In this document: one piece after another, positions 8,539-16,815 of the stretch
Numbering within the stretch: the first letter of the stretch is position 1
Layout: the number at the start of each line of letters is the position of its first letter
From: an uncultured bacterium
GTDB taxonomy: Bacteria > T1Sed10-126
Length of the DNA stretch: 28,759 nucleotides
Direction: 5' to 3'
NCBI GenBank assembly: GCA_964566495.1
Contig: CAZMIT010000009.1
Coordinates: 1-28,759, forward strand
Notes under the pieces: generated by a model
Told to the model about the DNA's origin: nothing
The model's database searches: none
What the model saw: only the letters and a program-made list of their open reading frames with translations
Translations under genes and position numbers: made by a program

Positions 8539-9417
8539 ATCTGGCAGTTTCTATCCCTGGTAACCAGCTTATCTTACGCCTTCCAAAATCTATTTATTAA
8601 GGGCCTGACCCGTCGCAAAGTAAACCCCTTATTTTTGCTCTGGTTAATGATGGCCGTGGCTGTTCCCTTTCTTTTCTTTTTTTCACGGCTGACGGCTCCC
8701 CACAGCTACGAAAGTCACTTTCCGCTTGTCCTCTTTCTCGCCGTCACCGGTAATTTGCTTGGCTTCTACGGTTACGTGAGAGCAATTGAGCTTACTGACG
8801 TTTCTCTGGCTATGCCGCTTATCTCATTGACTCCCTTTTTTATGCTTTTAACAAGCTGGCTGATGCTCGCTGAGTTGCCCGATCTGCAGGGTCTAATTGG
8901 CATCGTCGCTGTTGTTTTAGGAACCTATTTTCTCAGTCGCAAGCCGGAAATGAGTGGTCTGCGTCCCCTTTACGCTTTGCTTGAAGACCGCGGCTGTCGC
9001 TACGCTCTGATGACAGCTCTCGTCTGGAGTGTTCAGGCTAACGTGGATAAGTTTGCAGTCCGGGCCACCGACCCGGTGGTCTATTCATTCTGGTTTCACG
9101 TTCTATTTTCTCTGCTCTTGCTGCCACTTGTTCTTTATCGCCGTCCTCGGCTTCGCGACACATCTGATAGTTCTACCCCCTGGAAGTGGATTTTTTTCGG
9201 CCTAATGACAGTTGGTTTCCTGGAGGCTTTGCTCTCCGGCGCTCAAATGCTGGCTATAACTGACGTGCAAGTTTCTTATGTGATTGCCGTTAAGCGGGCC
9301 GGCATGTTATTTAGCGTGCTGGGTGGTGGTCTAATTTTTGCAGAAGAGGATTTAAAACGTCGTTTTTTCTCCGCCTGTATTGTTTTCGTGGGGCTGCTGG
9401 CCATTGTTTTGCGATGA
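8539..9417 (+). CDS. EamA/DMT family transporter (start uncertain, probably non-canonical ATC 8539)
   Basis: About 10 hydrophobic segments in two EamA repeats (DVSLAMPL..LTPFF; VSYVIAVKR). The frame is open from 8518 and encodes a first TM helix (IWQFLSLVTSLSYAFQNLFIK) upstream of the first ATG/GTG/TTG, which is TTG 8635. Confidence 0.85.
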   Translation: MWQFLSLVTSLSYAFQNLFIKGLTRRKVNPLFLLWLMMAVAVPFLFFFSRLTAPHSYESHFPLVLFLAVTGNLLGFYGYVRAIELTDVSLAMPLISLTPFFMLLTSWLMLAELPDLQGLIGIVAVVLGTYFLSRKPEMSGLRPLYALLEDRGCRYALMTALVWSVQANVDKFAVRATDPVVYSFWFHVLFSLLLLPLVLYRRPRLRDTSDSSTPWKWIFFGLMTVGFLEALLSGAQMLAITDVQVSYVIAVKRAGMLFSVLGGGLIFAEEDLKRRFFSACIVFVGLLAIVLR

Positions 9418-9524
9418 GCTGGCAAAACCAACCGAAGCATCTCCCCTGGAGGAAGGGAATTGCGGGGAGCGGAGAAGGGATTTGGGACCCACTTCGGTAG
9501 ATCCTGGCGAGCTGGCAGTTTGGC

Positions 9525-9553
9525 TGGACTGGAGCTGTTTTTTACTGTATAAT
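9525..9553 (+). promoter_or_regulatory. Possible sigma70-type promoter TGGACT-N17-TATAAT upstream of rpmE-prfA-prmC
   Basis: Perfect -10 at 9548-9553, 4/6 match to -35 at 9525-9530, 17-bp spacer. Confidence 0.4.
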
Positions 9554-9609
9554 ACTTGTCTGAAATACAGAACCCACCGACGACAAGTGGCTCCGTTAAT
9601 CTGAATTGG

Positions 9610-9656
9610 CCGGTCAAGTAACTTCATGCCGGACTTGATACGCTACGTATAATGAC
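9610..9656. repeat. Partial copy C of the REP-like repeat
   Basis: CCGGTCAAGTAACTTCATGCCGGACTTGAT...AATGAC aligns with 101-146. The 16 nt at 9624-9639 are identical to 115-130. Confidence 0.7.
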
Positions 9657-9800
9657 CGCGACTTCGGTAGATTGTTTCTGCGATAGCGTCTGTAGACATT
9701 TTTTTCGATTATGAACTTTTGGATTTTTTCAAAATGGAATTTTATTAGTAACAGTGAGTTTTATAGCCAAATAGGCCAAATTATAAAAGAGGTGTAAAAG

Positions 9801-10079
9801 ATGGTTGCCCAACTTGAAGAGAATTACCGTGACGTGGTATTTGTCGATCAGACTTCCGGTGAGAAGTTCTTGATATCTTCCACCGTTGAGACCAGCAAGA
9901 CCACAACTGTGGACGGAGAAGAATACCCACTTTATGAGGTTGAGGTTTCCTCCTCCAGTCACCCCTTCTACACTGGCGAGCAGAAGCTTGTCGATACGGA
10001 GGGACGCGTAGAGCGGTTTGAACGTAAATACGGTAGTATGACCGGGAGCAGTGACGAAGCTGACGAGGACGAAGAGTAA
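9801..10079 (+). CDS. rpmE: 50S ribosomal protein L31, type B (no zinc-binding cysteines), with acidic C-terminal tail
   Basis: [17 protein letters not shown]....[31 protein letters not shown]. No Cys. AGAGGT SD. Confidence 0.95.
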   Translation: MVAQLEENYRDVVFVDQTSGEKFLISSTVETSKTTTVDGEEYPLYEVEVSSSSHPFYTGEQKLVDTEGRVERFERKYGSMTGSSDEADEDEE

Positions 10080-11185
10080 TTGAGGCTCTTTCTTTTGAAA
10101 ATCAGCTTGAGGAGCTTGAGCTGCGGCTGCGCCAACTTGAAGAACAGCTAAACAACCCGGATGATCTTCCGGGGAGTCGTTTCCAGGAGCTTTCCCGGGA
10201 ATACTCGCAAATCAAACCTATAGTGAAAACCTACCGCGACTACAAGCGGTGTCGCGAAGAATTGGAAGATAGCCGTGAGCTGGCTGACAGCGAGAGTGGC
10301 GAGCTGGCCGAGCTAGCCCGGCAGGAAGTCGACGCACTTGAAACTGACCTCCAGGAGTTAGCCGGCCGCTTAAAGGAACAGCTCATTCCCGAAGACCCCG
10401 ACGCTGAACGTAATCTTGTCCTGGAAATTCGAGCCGGTACCGGGGGCGAGGAAGCAGCGCTGTTCGCGGCCGACCTGTTTCGAATGTATAAACGTTACGC
10501 TTCTGACAAGAAGTGGTCCACTGAAGTGGTTAGTGTCAGTGAGGCCGACCACGGCGGATACAAAGAGCTTATAGCTATGATAGAGGGCCAAGGTGCCTAC
10601 GGTCGCTTGCAATACGAGAGCGGCATCCACCGCGTTCAGAGAGTGCCGGAGACTGAATCCGGGGGCCGCATCCATACCAGCGCTGCCACGGTTGCCGTCC
10701 TCCCCGAAGCAAGGGAGATTGACATAAAAATTTCAGAAGATGATCTTAAAATTGATACTTTCCGGGCCAGTGGTGCCGGTGGCCAGCACGTTAACATGAC
10801 TGACTCCGCAGTTCGTATTACTCATCTTCCTACCGATACTGTTGTGCAGTGTCAGGACGAGCGTTCCCAGCACAAAAACCGCGCTAAAGCCATGAAAATC
10901 CTTCGCTCACGTGTTTACAAGGAAAAAAAGGCCCGGCAGCGAGCCGAACGACGGGAAAACCGGCGTCAGCAGGTGGGTAGTGGTGATCGTAGCGAAAAAA
11001 TTCGTACCTATAATTATCCCCAATCCCGGGTAACCGACCACCGGATAAACTTTACCCTGCATAAACTGGATGAGATTATGGACGGCCAACTGGACGAGCT
11101 GATTGAAGCTCTGAATGAAGCCGATCGACTTGAGAAGTTGAGGGAAATTGAAAAAGAAGCTGACATTTCCCGACTGGTTCAGTGA
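10079..11185 (+). CDS. prfA: Peptide chain release factor 1 (start inferred at ATT 10079; first canonical start is GTG 10223)
   Basis: [33 protein letters not shown] (RF1 PxT motif), [24 protein letters not shown]1-like N-terminal helices ([33 protein letters not shown]) are encoded in frame at 10094-10225. Confidence 0.96.
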   Translation: MEALSFENQLEELELRLRQLEEQLNNPDDLPGSRFQELSREYSQIKPIVKTYRDYKRCREELEDSRELADSESGELAELARQEVDALETDLQELAGRLKEQLIPEDPDAERNLVLEIRAGTGGEEAALFAADLFRMYKRYASDKKWSTEVVSVSEADHGGYKELIAMIEGQGAYGRLQYESGIHRVQRVPETESGGRIHTSAATVAVLPEAREIDIKISEDDLKIDTFRASGAGGQHVNMTDSAVRITHLPTDTVVQCQDERSQHKNRAKAMKILRSRVYKEKKARQRAERRENRRQQVGSGDRSEKIRTYNYPQSRVTDHRINFTLHKLDEIMDGQLDELIEALNEADRLEKLREIEKEADISRLVQ

Positions 11186-11933
11186 GTTTCCCGCCTGGGA
11201 ACACGCTGAGATAAAACGTCATTACGACCCCTCAACTGGGGTTATTTCGACAGAATTCATCTCTGCACCTCTGAAATCAAAAGAGATTTTCCAACGCCGC
11301 CAAGCCGGGGAACCTTTGGAATATATCCTTGGTCACTGTCATCTCGGTGAAATAACAGTAAAAATTACTCCTGAAGTCCTTATCCCCAGGCAGGAAACCG
11401 AAACACTGGTTCGACTCTTTTTTAAAAATAGCTCTGCTCTCCCCCCCGGACGGCTGGTTGATTGTGGAACCGGCTCCGGATTTATCGCCGGCTGGCTGGC
11501 AGAAAAATTTGATCGCCCGGTAATTGCGGTGGATAACTCCCTGCCGGCGCTTCGTGTTGCGCTTGAAAATTGTTTGCTGAATGACTGGAGTTTCAGCTTG
11601 GTCGCCGGGAATTTGCTCAACCCCATCTCCTGTCGAGCCGCCGCTATTCTTGCTAACTTACCCTACGTCAAACAGAGGCAGAACCTGGAAGACTCAGTCG
11701 AAAGCTTTGAACCCCACCAGTCACTTGTCCCATCTTCCTCTCCCGCTCAATTATATCAGCGGCTTTTGAAACAGGCCCGCGTTAAATTAAAAACCGGGGG
11801 AGAGCTCTGGCTGGAGGGCACCGCCGAGCTCTTCGAAGAATTACTTCCCGTTGTCAACAGTAAAGAGTGGGAAAATTATGAAATATTAACTGATCTGTCT
11901 GATCGCGTCCGTTTTATGCGCTTGCGGTTTTAG
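11148..11933 (+). CDS. prmC: Release factor glutamine methyltransferase (HemK/PrmC), divergent short N-terminus
   Basis: [40 protein letters not shown]. Overlaps the end of prfA by 38 nt. Confidence 0.92.
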   Translation: MKKKLTFPDWFSEFPAWEHAEIKRHYDPSTGVISTEFISAPLKSKEIFQRRQAGEPLEYILGHCHLGEITVKITPEVLIPRQETETLVRLFFKNSSALPPGRLVDCGTGSGFIAGWLAEKFDRPVIAVDNSLPALRVALENCLLNDWSFSLVAGNLLNPISCRAAAILANLPYVKQRQNLEDSVESFEPHQSLVPSSSPAQLYQRLLKQARVKLKTGGELWLEGTAELFEELLPVVNSKEWENYEILTDLSDRVRFMRLRF

Positions 11934-11953
11934 CCTTCCTTTTACTTCCTCCT

Positions 11954-11980
11954 TAACTTTTTGATCCTCCTTCCCGACAA
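11954..11980 (+). promoter_or_regulatory. Possible sigma28/FliA-like promoter TAAC-N15-CCCGACAA upstream of murA-flgF
   Basis: Resembles the TAAA-N15-GCCGATAA consensus with 3 mismatches and correct spacing. Confidence 0.3.
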
Positions 11981-12104
11981 ATGTAAGTGAAGGCATCAGG
12001 GAGTATTAGACATACTACAAGGACGAGCCAGCCAAATAAACGACACGCCTTATATATCAGCCCAGGCTAAAAACTGTACCGACAGTATATTCGCTGTCAG
12101 TATG

Positions 12105-12133
12105 CGTTATTCCGGGCCAAGCCCGCAATGACG
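12105..12133. repeat. REP-like hairpin, family copy D
   Basis: CGTTATT-C-CGGG-CCAAG-CCCG-C-AATGACG folds as a stem-loop and shares the CGG..CAAG..CAATGA signature of the other copies. Confidence 0.55.
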
Positions 12134-12225
12134 GCATTGAAGGCGAAATAACAGCGTTTACAAAAATAGCCTGATGATTAACTAACAAACCAGCAAACTA
12201 GCTAACTAACAAACAAAGGAGTTCC

Positions 12226-13491
12226 ATGATGGAAAAATTGGTTATCGAAGGCGGTTATCCGTTAGAGGGCGAAGTTCCAATAAGCGGCTCAAAAAATGCC
12301 GCCCTGCCGATAATGGCGGCGACGTTGCTCGCCGCCGACGGCTGTCGTTTGGATAACGTTCCGCGCTTACGTGATATCCGGACGATGTGCAGCCTGATTG
12401 AGGAGTTGGGAGCCGATCTGAAATATACTAACGGTACGGTTGAAGTGGACACTTCTCAGTTGAACCAGAACGAGGCCCCCTATGAGCTTGTAAAAAAGAT
12501 GCGTGCTTCAGTGCTGGTGCTTGGCCCACTGGTTGCCCGGCTGGGAGAGGCCAGGGTGTCGCTGCCCGGTGGCTGTGCCATCGGTTCCCGACCGATAAAT
12601 TTGCATCTCGAGGGCCTGGAGGCACTGGGCGCTGATATTGACTTGCACCAGGGGACGGTCCACGCCCAGGCCTCCCGGCTGCGAGGAGCGGTGATTACGC
12701 TCGACTTTCCTTCGGTGGGAGCAACTGAGAATATTTTAATGGCCGCTGCCCTGGCCGAGGGGGAAACGGTTATAGAAAACGCTGCCCGCGAACCTGAAAT
12801 AGCTGACCTGGCCCGGGCTGTAAATAAGATGGGCGGGCATGTGGAGGGGGCCGGCACGGATAAAATTCTGGTTGAGGGTGTCGAAGAATTACACGGTCTT
12901 AAACATTCGATACTGCCCGATCGCATAGAAACAGGGACTTATTTAACTGCCGGCGCGATCTCGGTTGGTGAGATAAAAGCTGTGAAAACTAATCCCGGTT
13001 TGCTTCAATCAGTATTAAAAAAACTGCGTCAGTCCGGCATGAAGGTAAATGAAGGTGAGGATTGGATTGATTTGAAGGCTAATTTTCCACCTGAACCGGT
13101 GGATATTGTGACCATGCCTTACCCCGGTTTTCCTACGGATATGCAGGCTCAGTTTACTGCTATGCTTGCTCGCGCCAGCGGGACTTCGACCGTTAAAGAA
13201 ACAATTTTTGAAGATCGGTTCATGCATGTTCTTGAGTTGGAACGGCTTGGTGCCGATATTAAAATAGATGGAAATTGGGTAACTATCCATGGGGTTGAGA
13301 AGCTGGAGGGGGCGCCGGTAATGGCCACTGATCTCAGGGCCTCGGCAGCTCTTGTGCTCGCCGGCCTGGCGGCCGAGGGAACGACGGAAGTAAGACGAAT
13401 TTACCACCTTGACAGGGGTTACGAGAAGTTGGAGAAGAAGTTGGAAAATCTTGGCGCCAAACTTGAAAGACAAGAAGCGGAGGGACCGTAA
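12226..13491 (+). CDS. murA: UDP-N-acetylglucosamine 1-carboxyvinyltransferase
   Basis: SGSKNAALP, KMRAS, LPGGCAIGSRP (active-site Cys present), SVGATEN, DRIE, PGFPTDMQ, DLRA, HLDRGYE. Confidence 0.98.
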   Translation: MMEKLVIEGGYPLEGEVPISGSKNAALPIMAATLLAADGCRLDNVPRLRDIRTMCSLIEELGADLKYTNGTVEVDTSQLNQNEAPYELVKKMRASVLVLGPLVARLGEARVSLPGGCAIGSRPINLHLEGLEALGADIDLHQGTVHAQASRLRGAVITLDFPSVGATENILMAAALAEGETVIENAAREPEIADLARAVNKMGGHVEGAGTDKILVEGVEELHGLKHSILPDRIETGTYLTAGAISVGEIKAVKTNPGLLQSVLKKLRQSGMKVNEGEDWIDLKANFPPEPVDIVTMPYPGFPTDMQAQFTAMLARASGTSTVKETIFEDRFMHVLELERLGADIKIDGNWVTIHGVEKLEGAPVMATDLRASAALVLAGLAAEGTTEVRRIYHLDRGYEKLEKKLENLGAKLERQEAEGP

Positions 13492-14289
13492 ATGATTAGA
13501 GGTCTATATACGTCAGCCAGCGGCATGCTGGTCAGTCAGGAAAGAATGGACGTCGCTACCAATAACCTGGCCAACGTCAATACTCCTGGCTTCCGAGAAC
13601 AAATTTATGTCTCTAAATCGTATCCTGAAAATGAGGTTGTTCGCACGGATGACAATGTTACTCAGCTACCCCGGGGGTCAATCGACCAGCGGCCTGAAGT
13701 GGGAGACATAAATACCGGAGTTGCTTCCGATGGAACTTACACTAATTTTGAAGAGGGGAAACTAAAACGAACGGGTAACCCCCTTGACCTTGCTATTACG
13801 GGCGAAGGCTTTTTTACTGTTGAGGGGGAAGAGGGCGAAGATTACTACACTCGTGATGGTATTTTTCACATGGATGAAGAGGGAAGTCTGGTTACCGGTA
13901 ACGGTCGTTACGTTTTGGGTGAAAACGGTCGGATTACTGTTTCTGATACAGTTGAAGGCATATCAATTGGCGGTGACGGGACGATTTCAAACGGAGACGG
14001 TGAGGTTGTCGATCGACTGCAGATTACTCAATTTGAGAATCCTCAGCGCCTGCGGAATCGAGGAGAAAACTTTTTTGTTGACGGTGGTGAGGCTCAGCCG
14101 ATAACTGAGGGGGAGGTTGCTGCTGATTACGAAATACGCCAGGGCTTTCAGGAGATATCGAACACTGACCCGATAAGAGAATTAATTAATACCATAGAAA
14201 TACAGCGACTTTACGAGATGAACAGCCAAATGATCCAAAAACAGGACGAGGCGCTGGGACAATCTCTGCAGCGCGTGGCTGGTACTTAA
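13492..14289 (+). CDS. flgF: Flagellar basal-body rod protein FlgF (FlgF/FlgG family)
   Basis: MIRGLYTSASGM..NNLANVNTPGF, TGNPLDLAI.GEGFF, YTRDG.F, QGFQE.SN. First of two rod paralogues; ATG immediately follows the murA stop. Confidence 0.85.
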   Translation: MIRGLYTSASGMLVSQERMDVATNNLANVNTPGFREQIYVSKSYPENEVVRTDDNVTQLPRGSIDQRPEVGDINTGVASDGTYTNFEEGKLKRTGNPLDLAITGEGFFTVEGEEGEDYYTRDGIFHMDEEGSLVTGNGRYVLGENGRITVSDTVEGISIGGDGTISNGDGEVVDRLQITQFENPQRLRNRGENFFVDGGEAQPITEGEVAADYEIRQGFQEISNTDPIRELINTIEIQRLYEMNSQMIQKQDEALGQSLQRVAGT

Positions 14290-14325
14290 TCCGCTTTGTC
14301 TTATTTTTTGATAAATTATTCGGGT

Positions 14326-14353
14326 TAAATTTTTACTGCAGTTTGCACGATAA
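14326..14353 (+). promoter_or_regulatory. Possible sigma28/FliA-like promoter TAAA-N16-CACGATAA upstream of flgG
   Basis: Matches the sigma28/SigD-type consensus; lies 20 nt before the flgG ATG, which has a GAGGTGA SD. Confidence 0.45.
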
Positions 14354-14373
14354 TATAAGAGAGGTGATTTGGC

Positions 14374-15162
14374 ATGATCAGAAGTTTATACACTGGCGGA
14401 GCCGGTATGAAGGCTCAGCAAAAAAGCGTTGATGTAACAGCAAACAACCTTGCTAACGTTAATACCAACGGTTTTAAGAAGGATCTCGTCAATTTTGAGG
14501 ACCTCTATTATCACTACATGAAGAGTCCCGGCTCACCCTCCACTGAAGCCACGGATCATCCAAGCGGTATTTCCGTGGGGATAGGTGTTGGCACCGGTTC
14601 CACAGCTAAAGTCTATACCCAGGGAAACATGGAATCGACCGAAAACCCGATGGACATGGCCATTAAGGGCGGTGGGTTCTTCCAGGTGTTGAAACCCGAC
14701 GGCACAACCGCCTACACTCGTGACGGCTCGTTTAAGGTTGACGGCGATGGTCATATCGTCACCTCGGAAGGTAATTATCTGGAACCGCAGATACAAATAC
14801 CTGAAGAAGCTACTGAATTGACTATTCGCAGCGATGGAACTGTTTCTGCTGACATCCCCGGTACCGAAGCACCTGAAAATCTTGGCCAGATTGAGCTGGC
14901 TCGGTTTGTAAATCCAGCCGGTTTAAAGGCCGAGGGTTCTAATTTATTTTCTGAAACGCCTGCTTCTGGTGATCCGTTTGTTGGGACTCCGGGCCGTGAT
15001 GGACTTGGTCAAATTGAACAGGGTTCGCTGGAAAAATCAAATGTTGACGTAATTGAGGCTTTAACTGACCTTATTGCCCAGCAGCGTGGTTACGAGTTTA
15101 ATCACCGGACAATCAGGACGTCCGATCGTATGCTCCAGAGGGCAACGACGCTGCTTCAGTAA
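14374..15162 (+). CDS. flgG: Flagellar basal-body distal rod protein FlgG
   Basis: MIRSLYT..GMKAQQ..ANNLANVNT.GFKK, FEDLYY, YTRDGSF, ELARFVNPAGL, LEKSNV, QRGYEFN. Confidence 0.93.
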   Translation: MIRSLYTGGAGMKAQQKSVDVTANNLANVNTNGFKKDLVNFEDLYYHYMKSPGSPSTEATDHPSGISVGIGVGTGSTAKVYTQGNMESTENPMDMAIKGGGFFQVLKPDGTTAYTRDGSFKVDGDGHIVTSEGNYLEPQIQIPEEATELTIRSDGTVSADIPGTEAPENLGQIELARFVNPAGLKAEGSNLFSETPASGDPFVGTPGRDGLGQIEQGSLEKSNVDVIEALTDLIAQQRGYEFNHRTIRTSDRMLQRATTLLQ

Positions 15163-15167
15163 TACGG

Positions 15168-16148
15168 ATGAGTAACTACTACAGACCATCCATCGGTTTA
15201 GTGTTACTTGCACTAATCCTATGCGCCGGTCGGGTTCCTGTCCCGGCCGGCGCCTACAATTCTGATACGTCTGCCGCAATAGAACTCAAAACTACGACTA
15301 CTGTTGATCATCCCGTTGTCACTATATCTGACATTATCAAGGGCGAGTTACCCGAGGGAATGTCGGATTTTACACTTGGCGAGGCCCCCGCTCCCGGCGA
15401 TAATGACTTCTATAATCGCGCCCGGGTAATGATGCTGGCTCGCCAGGCCGGCGAAGCTACTCCCGAGTTTTTAGGGCGGGAGATTCGGACCGAGGTTCGC
15501 AGACCCTCGCGTAAACTTGAACGGCAGGAACTGATGGAGCCCGTAAAAAATGTGCTCCAGGAGCGAATATCTCTCGACGGCGATGGGGAAGTTGAGATTG
15601 AGCATCTGCCCCGTTCAATTGAAATATTGCCCGGCGATTATCAGCTCCGGCTTGATCGTTCTAACCCTTACCACGATATTCATACCTCCAATCGGCACAC
15701 GATTATAGTAGAACAGGAGGGTAATGTTACAAAAACTGTTAATGTTCGCGCCCGAGTGGCGGATTTTGCAGAAGTTGTCGTGACCAGTGAACGTATCAAA
15801 GGGGGCGAGAAGATTACAGAAGAAAATGTTGAATTGAAGCAAAAAGAGGTTCGCCGTTCCCGGGGCGATGTGGTTTTGGATATTGAGGAAGCCCGCGGAC
15901 TGGAGCTAAGTCGCAGCCTCACAGAGGGCACTATTCTTCGAGGCTCACATCTTGAGCGCCCCTCTCTGGTTGAGAGACGTTCCACCGTTACTATCCGCTA
16001 CAAAATAAACGGCTTGACACTTTCGGCCCGGGGAACTGCTGAAAGTGACGGTTACAGGGGAGAAAAAATTGTCGTTAAAAATGACTCAAGCGGAGATAAG
16101 GTTTATGCCGAAGTTATAGGTGAAAGGGAGGTGCGTGTGGTTGAATAA
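15168..16148 (+). CDS. flgA: Flagellar P-ring formation chaperone FlgA
   Basis: Signal peptide, SAF-like region, C-terminal P.LV.R...V.I......L.ARG.A..DG..GE.I.V.N..S. Lies between flgG and flgH. Confidence 0.88.
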   Translation: MSNYYRPSIGLVLLALILCAGRVPVPAGAYNSDTSAAIELKTTTTVDHPVVTISDIIKGELPEGMSDFTLGEAPAPGDNDFYNRARVMMLARQAGEATPEFLGREIRTEVRRPSRKLERQELMEPVKNVLQERISLDGDGEVEIEHLPRSIEILPGDYQLRLDRSNPYHDIHTSNRHTIIVEQEGNVTKTVNVRARVADFAEVVVTSERIKGGEKITEENVELKQKEVRRSRGDVVLDIEEARGLELSRSLTEGTILRGSHLERPSLVERRSTVTIRYKINGLTLSARGTAESDGYRGEKIVVKNDSSGDKVYAEVIGEREVRVVE

Positions 16149-16791
16149 TTTAAACTCAAAAATTTTCGTAATTTTTGTAATCAGTAGTTTTTTAATTTTT
16201 AGCGTTGCTTCTAATCGGGCCGAAGCCACTTCACTCTGGGAGGATTCTCCTCGTGCTCAAACCCCTTATGGCGACAATATAGCCGTGGCCGAGGGTGATC
16301 TCGTAAAAATAGCGATAACCGAGGACGCGGTCGCCCAGTCCGGCTCCAGCCGCGATCGGGCTAAAAATATTGGTGTGGGCGGTTCTTCCGGGGAAGACGC
16401 TGACGACGCAACATTCGTGAATAACATGGTTTCCTGGCTCCCTTTCTTCAGTGCTGAGTTTTCCGGGGGGTCAGAGTTCGATTCACAGCGAGCTGCTGAC
16501 ATGTCACGAACTCTCAACGCTGAAATGTCAGTCGAGGTTGTCTCAGTCTCTGATAATGGTACCATGGAATTGGAAGGTACACGGGAAGTGAAAATTGAGG
16601 ACGAGATAACTACTTTGAATTTTAGTGGGCAGGCTCGCCGGGAAGACGTTGAACCCGACAATACAATTCCTTCCAATAGAATTGCAAACGCCCAGATGTC
16701 ATATGAAGGTGAACTCGGCCTGCGCTCCGGCGAAGCCGAGGGCTGGTTTGGACGTTCGTGGACTTTTGTCAAAAATCTTTTGTTCTGGTAA
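16141..16791 (+). CDS. flgH: Flagellar L-ring protein FlgH (no lipobox cysteine)
   Basis: SLW..., D..A...GDLV.I.I.E, V.VV.V..NG.M.LEG.R, R.EDV.PDNTI.S.RIANA...Y.G. GGAGGT SD 8 nt before TTG 16141. Confidence 0.9.
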   Translation: MNNLNSKIFVIFVISSFLIFSVASNRAEATSLWEDSPRAQTPYGDNIAVAEGDLVKIAITEDAVAQSGSSRDRAKNIGVGGSSGEDADDATFVNNMVSWLPFFSAEFSGGSEFDSQRAADMSRTLNAEMSVEVVSVSDNGTMELEGTREVKIEDEITTLNFSGQARREDVEPDNTIPSNRIANAQMSYEGELGLRSGEAEGWFGRSWTFVKNLLFW

Positions 16792-16815
16792 TAATCACAG
16801 GGGAGGTAATTCCTG

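Noticed and set aside
8188..9417. A SpoVG-EamA fusion by stop readthrough or recoding, since both are in the same frame
   Set aside because: It would require passing two consecutive different stops (TGA TAG), and both codons end other genes normally in this window.
9416..9520. c-di-GMP-I riboswitch suggested by GGCAAA..GAA
   Set aside because: There is no paired GAAA stem or GACGCAAAGC-type core.
9700..9800. Zur box upstream of the Cys-free L31
   Set aside because: No convincing palindrome. The gene sits in the housekeeping rpmE-prfA position and is probably the main L31.
10081..10100. A prfB-like +1 frameshift site (GAGG...TTT TGA) that would shift into the prfA frame
   Set aside because: The frame containing TTT TGA is closed by another TGA at 10081 and has no start in between. 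UGA is also read by RF2, not RF1. The ATT start is simpler.
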